A stretch of DNA of 64,000 bases from Ascidiella aspersa. Taxonomy: Eukaryota. The first letter of the stretch is position 1, and each line of letters starts with the position of its first letter. Shown here in pieces: positions 39,347 through 51,000 of this stretch. The notes below the pieces were generated by a model. That model was not told where the DNA came from. It was given only the letters and a program-made list of their open reading frames with translations, and searched no databases. The stretch spans positions 5,022,001 to 5,086,000 of the forward strand of contig OZ004615.1 of NCBI GenBank assembly GCA_963924565.1, in the 5' to 3' direction. Position numbers and translations under genes: made by a program.

Positions 39347-41950
39347 ACCGGTTTCAACCAGTTTAGAGCCGCCGGCGCCCAACTCATCACTGTTAAAAAC
39401 TACGCAACCCACTGAAGGGAAGGTGAAACGATTGCACCGCTGCTGTCTTCTCGTAGTGTAGCTTTAGGAACCGTAGCTGTGCTGCTTCCGCGTGTCGACG
39501 AAACTTACAAACCAAAGAGAATTGTGTAAATTGCAATTTATAGTTACCGTAGCAATATTTTACTCGATCGTGTGGCGTCCAGTGGCTTTTGTTACCATTT
39601 TCATTGTGACCTTGAAAATTGAATTATTGAGAAATTGCGACGAACTCCGCAAAAGTAGTAGCGGAAAAATAGAGCCCGCTAAAGCTATACTGGCGAAAAT
39701 TTGGTGCATAGCCATCACGGATGTATGCCAAATTCAGGGGTCTTTCAAATGTTGATGTTTCTGACAAATAGAAGTTACATTGTATACAAATTTAAAATCT
39801 AGACTGGTTCGTTTAGAACGAAAACGTGTACAAGTGCAATCGTGAAAAGCATTTCTTGTTGTTCGTTTCTCACGTTCCCAATTGGCCTGGAAAAAAATGC
39901 ACATCAAATATAAAGTTCACGAAATTTACAAATAAACTATGAATTTTAAGCTGTGGGTTCAAAGTCCTAGGAGAAATTTTTTTTCATAATGATCTGAAAA
40001 CCTGTACCGTAGCCCTTGTTGAGGCATTATTGTGCTATTCTTGTAAACTACAGATTCTTATAACGTTCACACAGTTTAGCTATACTTTCGAATCTTGGCA
40101 TTAACCCTAAAAATGTGTTTAACGTAGAAAAACAGTTGACTTGTTCCGGACGCACATTGAAAAGCGACATACATGCTTATTTCACAACAGTTAAGCGACT
40201 GGGTTGTCTGTACCTTCGGTTACTTGTGTACAATAGTCCGAGGGCTAGGGGTTGTTTTGGACGGCGGTGGGACATTCGTTTTAATTTTTTTTTATATGAG
40301 AACGGCATTCCTACTCTCGTTATGTAGTTGCCTGACTTAAAAATCAATTTGGTCCTACTCTAAATTCTAGATGTGTAGCTCCGGGCTCAGTATATTTAAA
40401 AACTTATACATGTTATTGACATTAATCTCAACCACAAAATTTGAAGATCCGGCGTGTGTAATTTTTGTAGTTAATTTGTCGGTGCAATAAGTAACATACT
40501 AAAGAATCAATGAACGTAAAGTGAAATGTGCGTTTTTGCACTTTTTTTTGTACCGCACTCCTGTTAACGGCCCGACCATTTGCGAAAACACCTGATCGCC
40601 CTCTTAACTCGTGCAATGTAATGTGGGTGTCTATTTACGTTGCTCGTTCTGCAGTCTCGCGAAGGAAAGGTGGCTCCCCACGGAGGTTTTCGTTGTTTGT
40701 TCCAGTGCGCCGTGGTTGATTCGTTTGATTTATCTTTATTTATTTCGCGTCTGTTATTCATTGACTTAAAGCCGCCGGTTTGAATCTGGATTTCGCGCTA
40801 CTAGAGCAAGAGCAGCAGTGGTCTGCAAAGGCAAACAGTTGTTTACTTAAATTCGCTGAAGAGTGCTGTTGTTAGTTGTTACCAACTCGATTAAGGTGTT
40901 AAAGCGAACGGAATCCTTTCTTAGAATTTTTGAAAAAACACTAAGAAAATTCGTGGACCCAGCACATTTATTTATTGCCCTTCCCTCTTTTTTATTTCCC
41001 TCTGCATTTCGACAAACCATTGCTACGGCTTTTCATGATTGTTTGTTTAGATAAAAGCGTCGTTGCTATTTTTTCACTTGCACAGTGCTACACGAGATTT
41101 TAAAAGTGAAGGAGGTCCTTTAGTTAAGCAGCCGCATCGAATTTTGCTCTCTGCGCTTATTCTTTACTAAACCCCTTCTTAGATTTTTTTCATTTCTAAA
41201 CCCCATCTAGATTTTTGATCGACTGTTTTGGTATTTCTTTAAGCGTTCGTGTTTTATTTATTTACATGCATGCAAAGTGACAGTTGGCTTTATACCTGCG
41301 ATGAACGGCCTTATTTCGCCCCGCGCGTTTTCATTCCTCTTGTTAAAATTAGATTGTGCATTATTGTCGGTTGATTTGCATGTCAGCTATCCAACTTTTT
41401 TCTCGCTTTTGTGCCTTTAACCGCTAGACGTCGCCATCGAGTCGCTCCGTTATTTCTTTGCCCGTTAGATGTCGCTGGTGGTCGCTTAATCGTCGTGCCT
41501 TCCTCTTGGTCTCTCTTGTTCCGTGCACCATATACGTCATCAACGAATGATGACGTAATCATGTTAAATTAGTGTCTGCTGTTTTATGCTGGGCAACTGG
41601 ATGTGAATTTAGCAGGTTCTTCTTAAAGTCGTGTCTGTAGCTGCAGTGTGACCGGATGGGCTCGGGAAATAAATACACATCAATAAACGCAGGCTTTTGC
41701 TTGTTAAGTTGCCTGGATTATTGACCTTTCGAGTGTATTTTTTGTGTGTGTTCGAGTCAGTAGTCTTCTTTTCGCTCTGCCGAACAAGCAAATTTTATTT
41801 TTCTATAGCTTTAAGTGGAAAACTTTGTGGTGCAATCGCTATTTCTGACAAACACAAGCAATACAAGCCGGAGCCGTTTATTGCACACTTGCTTTTGTTA
41901 GAATCGCAATATTTTACTGAAATTTTTCAGTTTCCATATACTTCTTACTC

Positions 41951-42336
41951 TAGGAATGTCCGATACTTGACATTTCATTCCGAGACCGATACCCGATGGT
42001 TTGGACAAAAAGTATGACGTTCCGATCCGATAGCAAATGACGTCATTACTATGCTTAAACAAGCAAAATAGATGAAATTACAACCTTCGACGTCAAATGT
42101 TTTCCAGGTTATTAGGGCAAATTCGCCTTAGCGTTAAAAAGTAGGGCTACCTCGAGTTAACCCACTATTGTTCGATAGTATTAACTTTAATGCAGAAATA
42201 ACTGCGTTGAATCCCAAATCGTTGCTAAAATTCCTGTGGTATTTATGGTTATCGGCATCGATACAACCCTAGTATCGGACGAGTACAGATGCTACCACTT
42301 GGTATCGGTTATCAATTTCGATCTTGGACATCCCTA
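41951..42336. mobile_element. TAGGGATG-family MITE copy
   Basis: TAGGAATGTCCGATA ... TTGGACATCCCTA; internal sequence homologous to 29690-30102. Confidence 0.75.
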
Positions 42337-44576
42337 CTTCCCACCAGGGGTTGCAAGTAGAAGAATGCTTTTTCCTGGAACGGTGGAAACTTATCTTACT
42401 GAAACGCACGAAAATTTTCGGAAAGGAAAAAGAGTGAAGACTAAAACATGCCGTTTAAAGCTGACCTTACAAAACCTGGGTTATCGCTCTATATAGTGCA
42501 CATATAATTTCTAACTGAAATTTTGGTTTATTACCATTAAGAAGGTAGCGGTATGGGCTATAAAGGACTTGGCATTGTGTAAAAAAATACAGCGGACGCC
42601 GTTTCGGCAGCAATTTTTTGACCCTTCGCCGTTCCGGTCAATTCTTGCTTTTTTCACCACTGCTTCCTACAGCATTCCGGGAATATGCTCCTGGTAAAAT
42701 TTAAAACAACTAGATTTGACTTTTCTCGTGACGAATAGGAAAGTTTCCGTATGGTTGTACGGCTGTTACTTCACTTCTTTTGCTGCCCGAAAGCCTATTT
42801 AGCAACGTAACCATGTTGTGTACGTATTATATTGTGCCGCGAATCCTCGCAGTAAAGCAATGCACTTCAATAGCAGGCCCGTCTTCGCGAGAGGCTGCTA
42901 TTACTATTACGTTTCAGTTGAGCCTTCGGTGTTGTTGTGCGGCGACGTTGTACATGCTATTTTCTCGTTCTGTGATCGCCCTTTTCTTGATCTCTTGCGT
43001 CAGGCTGCTCCTCATGGCGCCGCGTCATTTCGAAACAAAATCGTTTAATTCAGTCAGTCTTGCTGGTCCTGTCGTGTTTTATTTGAGATGAGAGAAACAG
43101 TTTAGTGGTGACTCGCAGACAACAGAGAAAAACGTTTCTTAGTGTTTTTTTAAATGTAGATTAGACTATATGACATTCTACTGTATTGTTTTATCATTGA
43201 TGATAGTTGCAGGTCGTGAGTTTTTAATGTTTGAAATAGGTTAATTCAGATTTACTAGCTTATCTTAAAATTTTAGGTTTCTCTCTTAATAATATTTAGA
43301 GTGGTAATATAAAGAAGTAGCTCTGTCCTGTGGCTGAGAAGTTTTTCTTCAAAAATCGGACACTTTTAGCTCTGCAAGTTGTGTGACCTAAAAACAGTGC
43401 AGCTAAAAGGCATTTGATCAGTGCTGTAAGGAAATAATTTTGAAAAGACCCAGTCAACTCCAACGTAAAATAACTTAAGTTCAAGTCAAGTATTTTCCAA
43501 AAAATGACCAGTCCAAGTCCTCGGTGTCCCATATCAAGTAATAATTAAAATTAGAGAAAGTCAACTTCAAGTCAAAATGTCACACATTGTCAGAATAATA
43601 AAACTTTCAAAAGATAAGATAAGATAATAACTTAATTTTATAAATGAAAATGCTTTATAAAAACACCCTATTTTAGTCCTTTGTCCAAACGTCAAGTCAT
43701 TTAAAAAAAAGTGCACGTAAGCATGATTACACTCACTGTCAAGTCAACAATTCTGGTTAAACCAGTGGTTCTTAGGGAGTCGCGACCCCCATGGGGGTCA
43801 CAAAGGGTTATCTGGGGATTCGCCGCGTAGGAAAATATATAAACTAAAAATTGAGCAGCAGAATGAGTAAAATCGCCTTCCCGTTGTTGCGTGTGTTTTA
43901 ACGCGCGGAACATGGCTTCAGTTAACTAGACGTTTTTTTACAAATAATATAGAAACGGTTGCAATTTTTCAGTGTTGTAAACAAATCATTTCAAAATGAC
44001 TTGAGTAGACGAGTAAAAAAAAAGTCGTCTATGAAAAACTTAAATCCAAGCCATATCATTTTGAATAAATGACAAGTCAAGTGATATAAGAGCAAGTCAA
44101 TTTTGTCAATTTCATGTCATAAAAATTAAGCAATAAATTTTTCAAAATGGTAAACTCGACCGATAAGGAGCAATAACTCAACTAAAATATTAGAAAACCC
44201 AACATATAGCAAGCAATTCGTTTTCTGTGCAAAACTTAAGATAGATAACCCAATTTTATGATGAGAAATGTTTAATGAAAACACTTAGTTTCAACTCAAA
44301 TCAGTCGAAAACAGTGGTTTAAGTGCACTTAGGTCCATTCATTACGAAATCAAAGATAATCCGATGTACGTGGCTAAGCTTTTGGCCAAAATATTTGTAT
44401 TCCCCTACTACGTTAACTGCAGTTATTCTCAGGGTACTGGTTTGCAAAGTGTCATTGATAGGTTGGAGATTATTTTTGTTCAAATCTATCTTAACGATTC
44501 GACAGCCCACTTGAACAGTGTGAAACGGTAGACAAGGTCATTGAATTATATATTGACTTAATAAAGGCATACTGCA

Positions 44577-44927
44577 TATAGTTTGTTTAAATATGCTGTT
44601 GCTACCAGCCATAGTATATTTGAAATAGGTTATTCTGGCATGTATTTCTTCAAACAACGTTTTGGCTTACTATACGGCAAGCCTTCGTCAGGGACTGACC
44701 CACATAGCCAACAGGACGCAAAAAATAAAATGCGTCTCGCACATTTTTATCTCCTTTTTTTCTTTCTGTCATTGTATTTTGCGTTCTGTTGGCTATATGT
44801 GTGTCAGTCCCTGAAGAAGGCTTGCCGTAAAGTAAGCCGAAACGTTGGTTGAAGAGTTATATGCCGGTAGAACCTATTTTCAATATATAGTTTGTTTGTC
44901 AACGAAAATATTGAATTCAAACTGAAT
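44577..44927. mobile_element. Palindromic element (~150-bp arms) with minimal hammerhead-ribozyme-like cores; Penelope-like pLTR derivative
   Basis: Long imperfect inverted repeat. Right arm 44811-44848: CTGAAGA-A-GGCTTGC-CGTAAA-GTAAGCC-GAAACGTT. Left arm (minus strand): CTGACGA-A-GGCTTGC-CGTATA-GTAAGCC-AAAACGTT. Confidence 0.7.
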
Positions 44928-46243
44928 TGGTTAAATTAAAAACAATTAATGAGAACATAAAGCTCACTCAATAATAATCAATTATTATGTTTACCTATTT
45001 TTGTATTTGGCACGCTATCGTCAGTCCTTAAGGGTATTCAAAACACTTTTGATGATACCTGGCGTAAAACATTTGTAGTGAGTTGACCCTTTTGTTTGAT
45101 GTAACGTCTCGACGTAACTCATTGATGTCCAGTCAAGTGTGACCGATGCACAAAGCAGTGAGTTTTGTCGATTCTATTGGAACTTATAAGCGGTGAAAAG
45201 AAGTTTATGCTGTCAGGTGCTGAGATGTATTGATTTGTGACTGTGAATCTACTCGAGAACAATGTCAATTAAGTAAAGGGGCATGTAGTTAAGTTATAGG
45301 ATTAAGTATAGGCCAGTTAGGTCACCTCTTTTCAACCAGACATCACTTATGGAAGTTTTAATGAGTTACTTCCGTTGTTGTAGGAAAGGCTACAATACAG
45401 TACAACGGTGTTCCGAAATCACGCTGACATTTCTGAAAAACTGCACCATGTAAAGATATTACTGTTAAGTTATTAGCTTCATCGGAGCCAACATTCCCAA
45501 TTAGTAAGGTATTTTTATTTTTTTATGAAACTTTTCAGTCGCACAAGTTGAGTAAATTTAAAAATCGGTTTGGTCTATCAGTGGTTTACAATTGCTGGTC
45601 CGCAGAGGGCCTTACTTTATACCAACAGTATTTATTGTTGTTTTATTACCAATAGATAACTTTCCGATCTCCTAAAACCGTGGTTCTCAATTCGGGGACC
45701 GCAAAACAAACGCGAGTTAATGGCGCTCTTAATCGATGTTAAACAGGAAATAAAAACAAGCTCCTATATCAACGCATATACAATATGCATCTATAGTATG
45801 CTATACACATAAAACCATATATAGCGAATATGTTTAAGTGTGATCTCCCAATCAGCCCTACGAGCTCAAAATCGAGTGTCGAAAAAGTAAGAAAAAGTAA
45901 GATCAGTAAATCAAATAAAGTGCTTGTTATGCTGTACCAAACAAATAGACTCTGCCGAGTCTTTATTTTAATTGTACCGGTATTTATTTCAGCTATATAT
46001 TGAGTTTACATAGCCGCTATAGATGCTGTATATTTATATAATTTCAAGATTCCTATAAAAAGAAAATGAGATACAACCATTCATTAAGGATTTTAAGCAG
46101 TTATAATTTCGGGGCTTTGAAAGATGCACGAAATTCCGCTTTGAATCATTGCCTTACAATGAATGAAGCAACAAAAGCCCGATCTGCCGAAAGCAACACA
46201 CACGCATACAGAGGAAATGAGGATAGATGAACACGAGCACGAG

Positions 46244-47476
46244 CAGGGGCGCCCGCAGAAAATTTTCCAGGGGGGGAAATGAGGGGCGTAGCCAGAAAAT
46301 CAAAAAAGGGGGGTTTCTGAATTTTCAACTTCGGGAATTCCGCTATTTTTCGTCTGACGTTATTGAATAATGACGTCATAAAACAGTGACAGGATGACAT
46401 CATAGAATGGTGATTGCAAGACGTGAGAAAAAAACTAATCAGAAACAGCCAAATACGTCCAGCAAAAGCGACCACGTCGTGCGTCATCGACAATTCTGTC
46501 AGGTGCCAGCTGCGAAATCACGGTGTGCAATCGTTTTTTTGCTTCAGGCAAAAAAACAAACCAAGACCGTGAAATAAGTGTGATTAATTGTGGTAAAATC
46601 ACACATAATTCGACTATCAGCAGCGCTGTTTTCAAGTTCCATGAACGAAACGAGCGCTAAATTACAAGCACGTCTTTCACCACCTGCAATACTATACGAA
46701 GATCGTTTTTTCCGGGTGTTATTATGCCACGATTAGCGCAACATCTGCGCCGAGAAGTGTGCCAAGTCAGCTAAATTACGAGCTGCGGTTGGGGGAAATA
46801 AGTTGTCTATTGCACACTTAGCACGTGGTCTTAGAGTATGCTTACAGAGCATAATTTTGCGTTAACCATCATTACTTAAAAATGGAGACTTTAAAACGCG
46901 CCACACGACAGTCACCATTATACCTCCTTTTAAGAATCTGCTTCAGTTAAACAAATGTCGATTTTACACCAACATCGGATTAGCGCAGAAACCGAATAGC
47001 GAGGAACATACTGCGTATAACTCGACGTTTTTTAGCGACAAAAAAAATGAAGGTTTGACTTAGCGTTGTCAATTGTCGAATACACACTTGCTAATCAGTC
47101 AACCTAAAATAATAACGAAAGAGAAAACTTCCAGCGTTTACGGTCGACCAAACAAAAGACGAAAAACGGCGTTTTGCGCTCGATTTTGGTTTCGCATTAG
47201 ATTAAGCACGTGATCAAATTACTTAAAAAGCACGCCGCTTCGAACAGTTTGTTACGATGACAACGAACAAAAAACGATAATATCACTTACAAAAAGGGGG
47301 TTAAGAACTCCCGCCTCCCTGGATACGCCACTGGGGGGCAATGGATAATGTATAATATTTTTAAACTTCATAAGTAATATATATTACACTTCTAAATAAT
47401 AGTAATAATTGCATTTTGAAATTCCAGGGGGGGGGGGGGAAGTGCCCCCCCTTTCCCCCCCGTGCGGGCGCCCATG
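46244..47476. mobile_element. hAT-like MITE containing a nested ~1.05-kb hAT-like element (46281-47334)
   Basis: Outer ends CAGGGGCGCCCGCA / TGCGGGCGCCCATG with exact TSD AGCACGAG. Inner ends GAGGGGCGTAGCCAG / CTGGATACGCCACTG with approximate TSD GGGGAAAT/GGGGCAAT. Confidence 0.8.
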
Positions 47477-47606
47477 AGCACGAGTAACCCAACCACTCTT
47501 TAAATAGAGTCGTTTGCAACCATCCTGTCTCTACTGTTCTCAATTGCCTAACGCTTAAATTCTACTAAAAGAAAACAGCAGACGGCCCGATTTCGATCAG
47601 TCGAAA

Positions 47607-48071
47607 CAGAGTTGGATCAATTGTAATTTGTAATCGATGTAATTAATTACAGTTTTTAATGTAATTGTAATGTACTTAAGGCATTTTCATTTTGTGTAAT
47701 TGTATATTGCTAAAATTTCGGCTCGATTGATATTGAGAAAATTGAAGTTTCAATAATGTTCAAAGCGATGAGACTTAAACTGTTTTCCATATTTCAGCAG
47801 CAATAGAAAACTTAGATCAATTGTAATTTGTAACTGATGTAATAAATTACAGTTTTTAATGTAATTGAGGCGTTTCCATTCTTTGTAATTGCAATTTGCT
47901 AAAATTTTAGCTCAATTGATATGGATAAAATTGAAGTTTCAATAATAATGTTCCACGTTGTTTATTTTCTTTGGGAAGCGACGAGACTTAAACTGTTTTC
48001 CATATTTCAGCAGCAATAGAAAACTTATGTAATTGCAATCGAACTAAATTAATGTAATTGATCCAACTCTG
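47607..48071. mobile_element. MITE with an internal ~200-bp tandem duplication, 10 bp upstream of the FUT-A start codon
   Basis: Perfect 16-bp TIR CAGAGTTGGATCAATT / AATTGATCCAACTCTG; flanking duplication GTCGAAA; TGTAATT-rich interior repeated twice. Confidence 0.8.
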
Positions 48072-48081
48072 GTCGAAAGCG

Positions 48082-51000
48082 ATGCGACGTTGCGCCCAGC
48101 ACTTGTACTTCATCCTGCTGCTGCTTTACGTCGTCACGCTGGTCTGCTTCGACCGCAGGCTGTTTGAATGGACACAGTGGGCGCACAACTGGAAACGCAC
48201 CAGGGCAAATTTGCAGCGGCACCCTGAAGCAAGGGGCATGTTTAACTTTAATCGACCCCTCCACGAAAGGTGAGCGAAGCGGGAACACACAATAACACCT
48301 ATAAGTAGAGATGTCCAATAGTGTCGCATCAGAACCAATACCCGATCCCAAGTAATAGTATCGGTACTAGTCCGATATGAATAAGGACACACACACATAT
48401 CGTCACGCTCATAACCAAATTGTCTAAGTCATTTTTTACACATTTTCAAAGTTTTTGCTTCAGTCACTCCTTGTTACCACCCTCATCCATAGAAAAATGT
48501 TCAGCTCGTTCTTAGGTCATTTTCCATGCGCTTGTGCAAACAAATAACTTAGGCACTTTTCTATGGATCGAGATGGTAACAAGGGATGACTTAGGCAATT
48601 TGGTTAGGAGCGTGACGATATGTGTTTACTAGCAGCTGTGATCTGGCCCCTTTGGAACTTGTTTTTGACCAACGATTACCATAGTCCGATATTAGGTTGG
48701 TATCGCTGCCAATCCGATACCAAATTAACATAGAAACCTTAGCCATGATTTGGAGTTTACCGCAGTTATAACCACATTTTAATGTTATACTATCAAACAA
48801 TAGTACGTTAACAGCTAAACTCTCAATAGTAAGGCAATTTTGGTCTAATAACCCCGAATAAAGTGCATCTGAACGTTTCAATTTGATTTAATTTATCTGT
48901 TTAGGCCAGCGTTTCTCAACCGGTGCGCCATGGAAGGCTGCTAGGTGGGCCGCAAGCGTTAGTAAAAAACTTATCGAAATAAGTAAATTAATCGGAATAA
49001 GACTTTTATAGACAAAATAACGTTTTTAGTCTCAAAGGCTGGAAGTCCCTTTAAAGATATGCAACTATAAAACCCATATAATAAAAAATGCAGGCAATTT
49101 AAGAGAAATATTGGTACACCTCAAAAATTTCGCGCTCGCTTCACTCGCAAGGTGCGCCTTTATACGTTTCTAGGTGCGCCCCCAAGTATAAAAGGTTAAC
49201 AAACACTGGTTTAGGCATAGTAATGACGTCATTTGGCTTCGGATCGGGTCGCGATGTCCTAAAATATCAAACGACTTGTTGCAAATTGGATGATTGAGAT
49301 CAGGCCAAGTATAACATTAGAAACCATTTTTCTACTTGGCTCAATTTTAACTCACAAAACCCTTGAAATTGGCCAATTACAGTCGTTCAAACGCAAAATT
49401 AACGCACATTACTTATTTTCTTGAAAAAAACAAACGCCCCGTCTTTGCCGCAGTTCTTCGCCAGGCCAGTACACTCCCGTAATCTTGATGTGGCAACCTA
49501 TCTTCGGCTGGTTGACCAACCATGCGAATGAGTGTCCCGGATGTGTGATGACCTACGACCAGTCGACGGTGACCTTCGCCGACGCGGTGGTCTTCCATTG
49601 TGTCGAGATTACTGACGGTGTTGGCGGGCTGCCTCTCAGTCGAAGAAACACCTCGTCCAGGTGAACTGCACATGACTTTTTGCAGCTGGGCGAACTTGGC
49701 GCGCCGAGTTAGTTTTGGGGCAATATCTACGAAAGTTGTGCCGCTAACAAGCTGCAATTTTTTGTGCAGTCCTTGTATTGGCTTTAGCAATCCAGCAAAC
49801 ACACTTTTATCAAAATATATTATTATTTATTTTTATAAATATTAATATTCAGCCATTTTAATACCTAAATGTCGAGTTTTGTCGCTGATTTTTACGATAT
49901 AAACTACAAGGCATAGCCTTCAAAATGGTCAATATCAATTGGGCGAAAAAAAAATATTTACTTGAACGCAGTTCCGGAAGCAAGTCACCGGACGCCGCAT
50001 TTAGGAGCGTTTCGGTGTACTTTAACCACTGCTTTCTGCCTTATGCTTTTCGGGATATTCTTGAAATTGAAACGATTTTGATTAACTTTGTAACCGTATT
50101 TTAGTATTTTTGCTGCAACGGAACAGGGGTTACAGTAGGTTAGAACAGTCCGGCCCGGCGTTTCGTTAAAAGAATTGTTGCCGAAGTATGTTTGGTTTGC
50201 GTTGAGCTTAGATTTCCGTTTCTTGTTGGATTGGCCAAACTTTTGATACGTTCTTTTGATACGATTTTGATACGAACTGTGGACCAAAATTTTACCTTTA
50301 GTTTAATTCAACGCCAAAGTGTTGGTATTTTTTTGCAGTGTCTAAGGGTTTTGATTTTTTGAAGTTGTGATGTTAAGCTTGGAAGTTTTGCCGCCCTAAA
50401 CCACAGTTTGGTTATCTTTGTGACCCTATGGACTAACTTTTTTATTTATGTGCACTGAATCAGCTCTTTTCTACCAAAGAGTTTTTCAACATTTAAGAGG
50501 TAAAAACGCCGAATTAGTGACATCGCTTGCTTTCCAGATGGGTTTGGACATGCAAGGAACCGCCCTGGAACGTTCGGTATAGGTACGAAAAAACGCTGAC
50601 CCCTTTAAACGGGGTTTTCAACTGGACAATGACGTACAGAACGGACTCTGACGTGCTGGCCCCTTTCGCGTACGATTTTCCAACCATAACTAGGTAAGAA
50701 AATGTTCGCGGCGTGTTGAAAGAACACTGGGTTGCTGGAAACCTATTCGGGACATACAAAAATTCAGTTCACTAAATTTTGTTTTTCCTGCTTTGGGTTG
50801 TTGAAAATTTAAAGCTTATATCGTAACTACAAGACAACCAAGGTTTGTTTTGAGAAAAAAAAAATTGGAATAAAGATTACAACATTGTACGGATTGTTCT
50901 ACTTTTGTATTAAACATGCCGGGTCTTAGGTGGTCAGCAAAATTCTTTAAAAATAGTAACTAGAGTCAAAATGGGTAACCGACAACTCGACAAGTAATTG

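Larger units (their letters stand above)
48307..49262. mobile_element. Degenerate TAGGGATG-family element hosting two other insertions (FUT-A intron 1)
   Basis: Begins TAGAGATGTCCAATA; family motifs resume at ~48685-48725 and ~49215-49260 around the inserts. Confidence 0.55.

Noticed and set aside
38586-39412. Multiple overlapping 75-136-aa ORFs on both strands (also at 5182-5512 and 56665-57335)
   Set aside because: Shadow frames of GC-rich real exons; no motifs or splice support.
44319-45210. A single LINE spanning VVGEYKYFG (~44390) and KLTALCIGHT (~45150) on the minus strand
   Set aside because: Motifs are weak and in the wrong order for one ORF2; at most separate, very old fragments.
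46281-47334. Transposase gene in the 1-kb nested element
   Set aside because: No long ORF and no DDE, BED or hAT-dimerisation motif visible.
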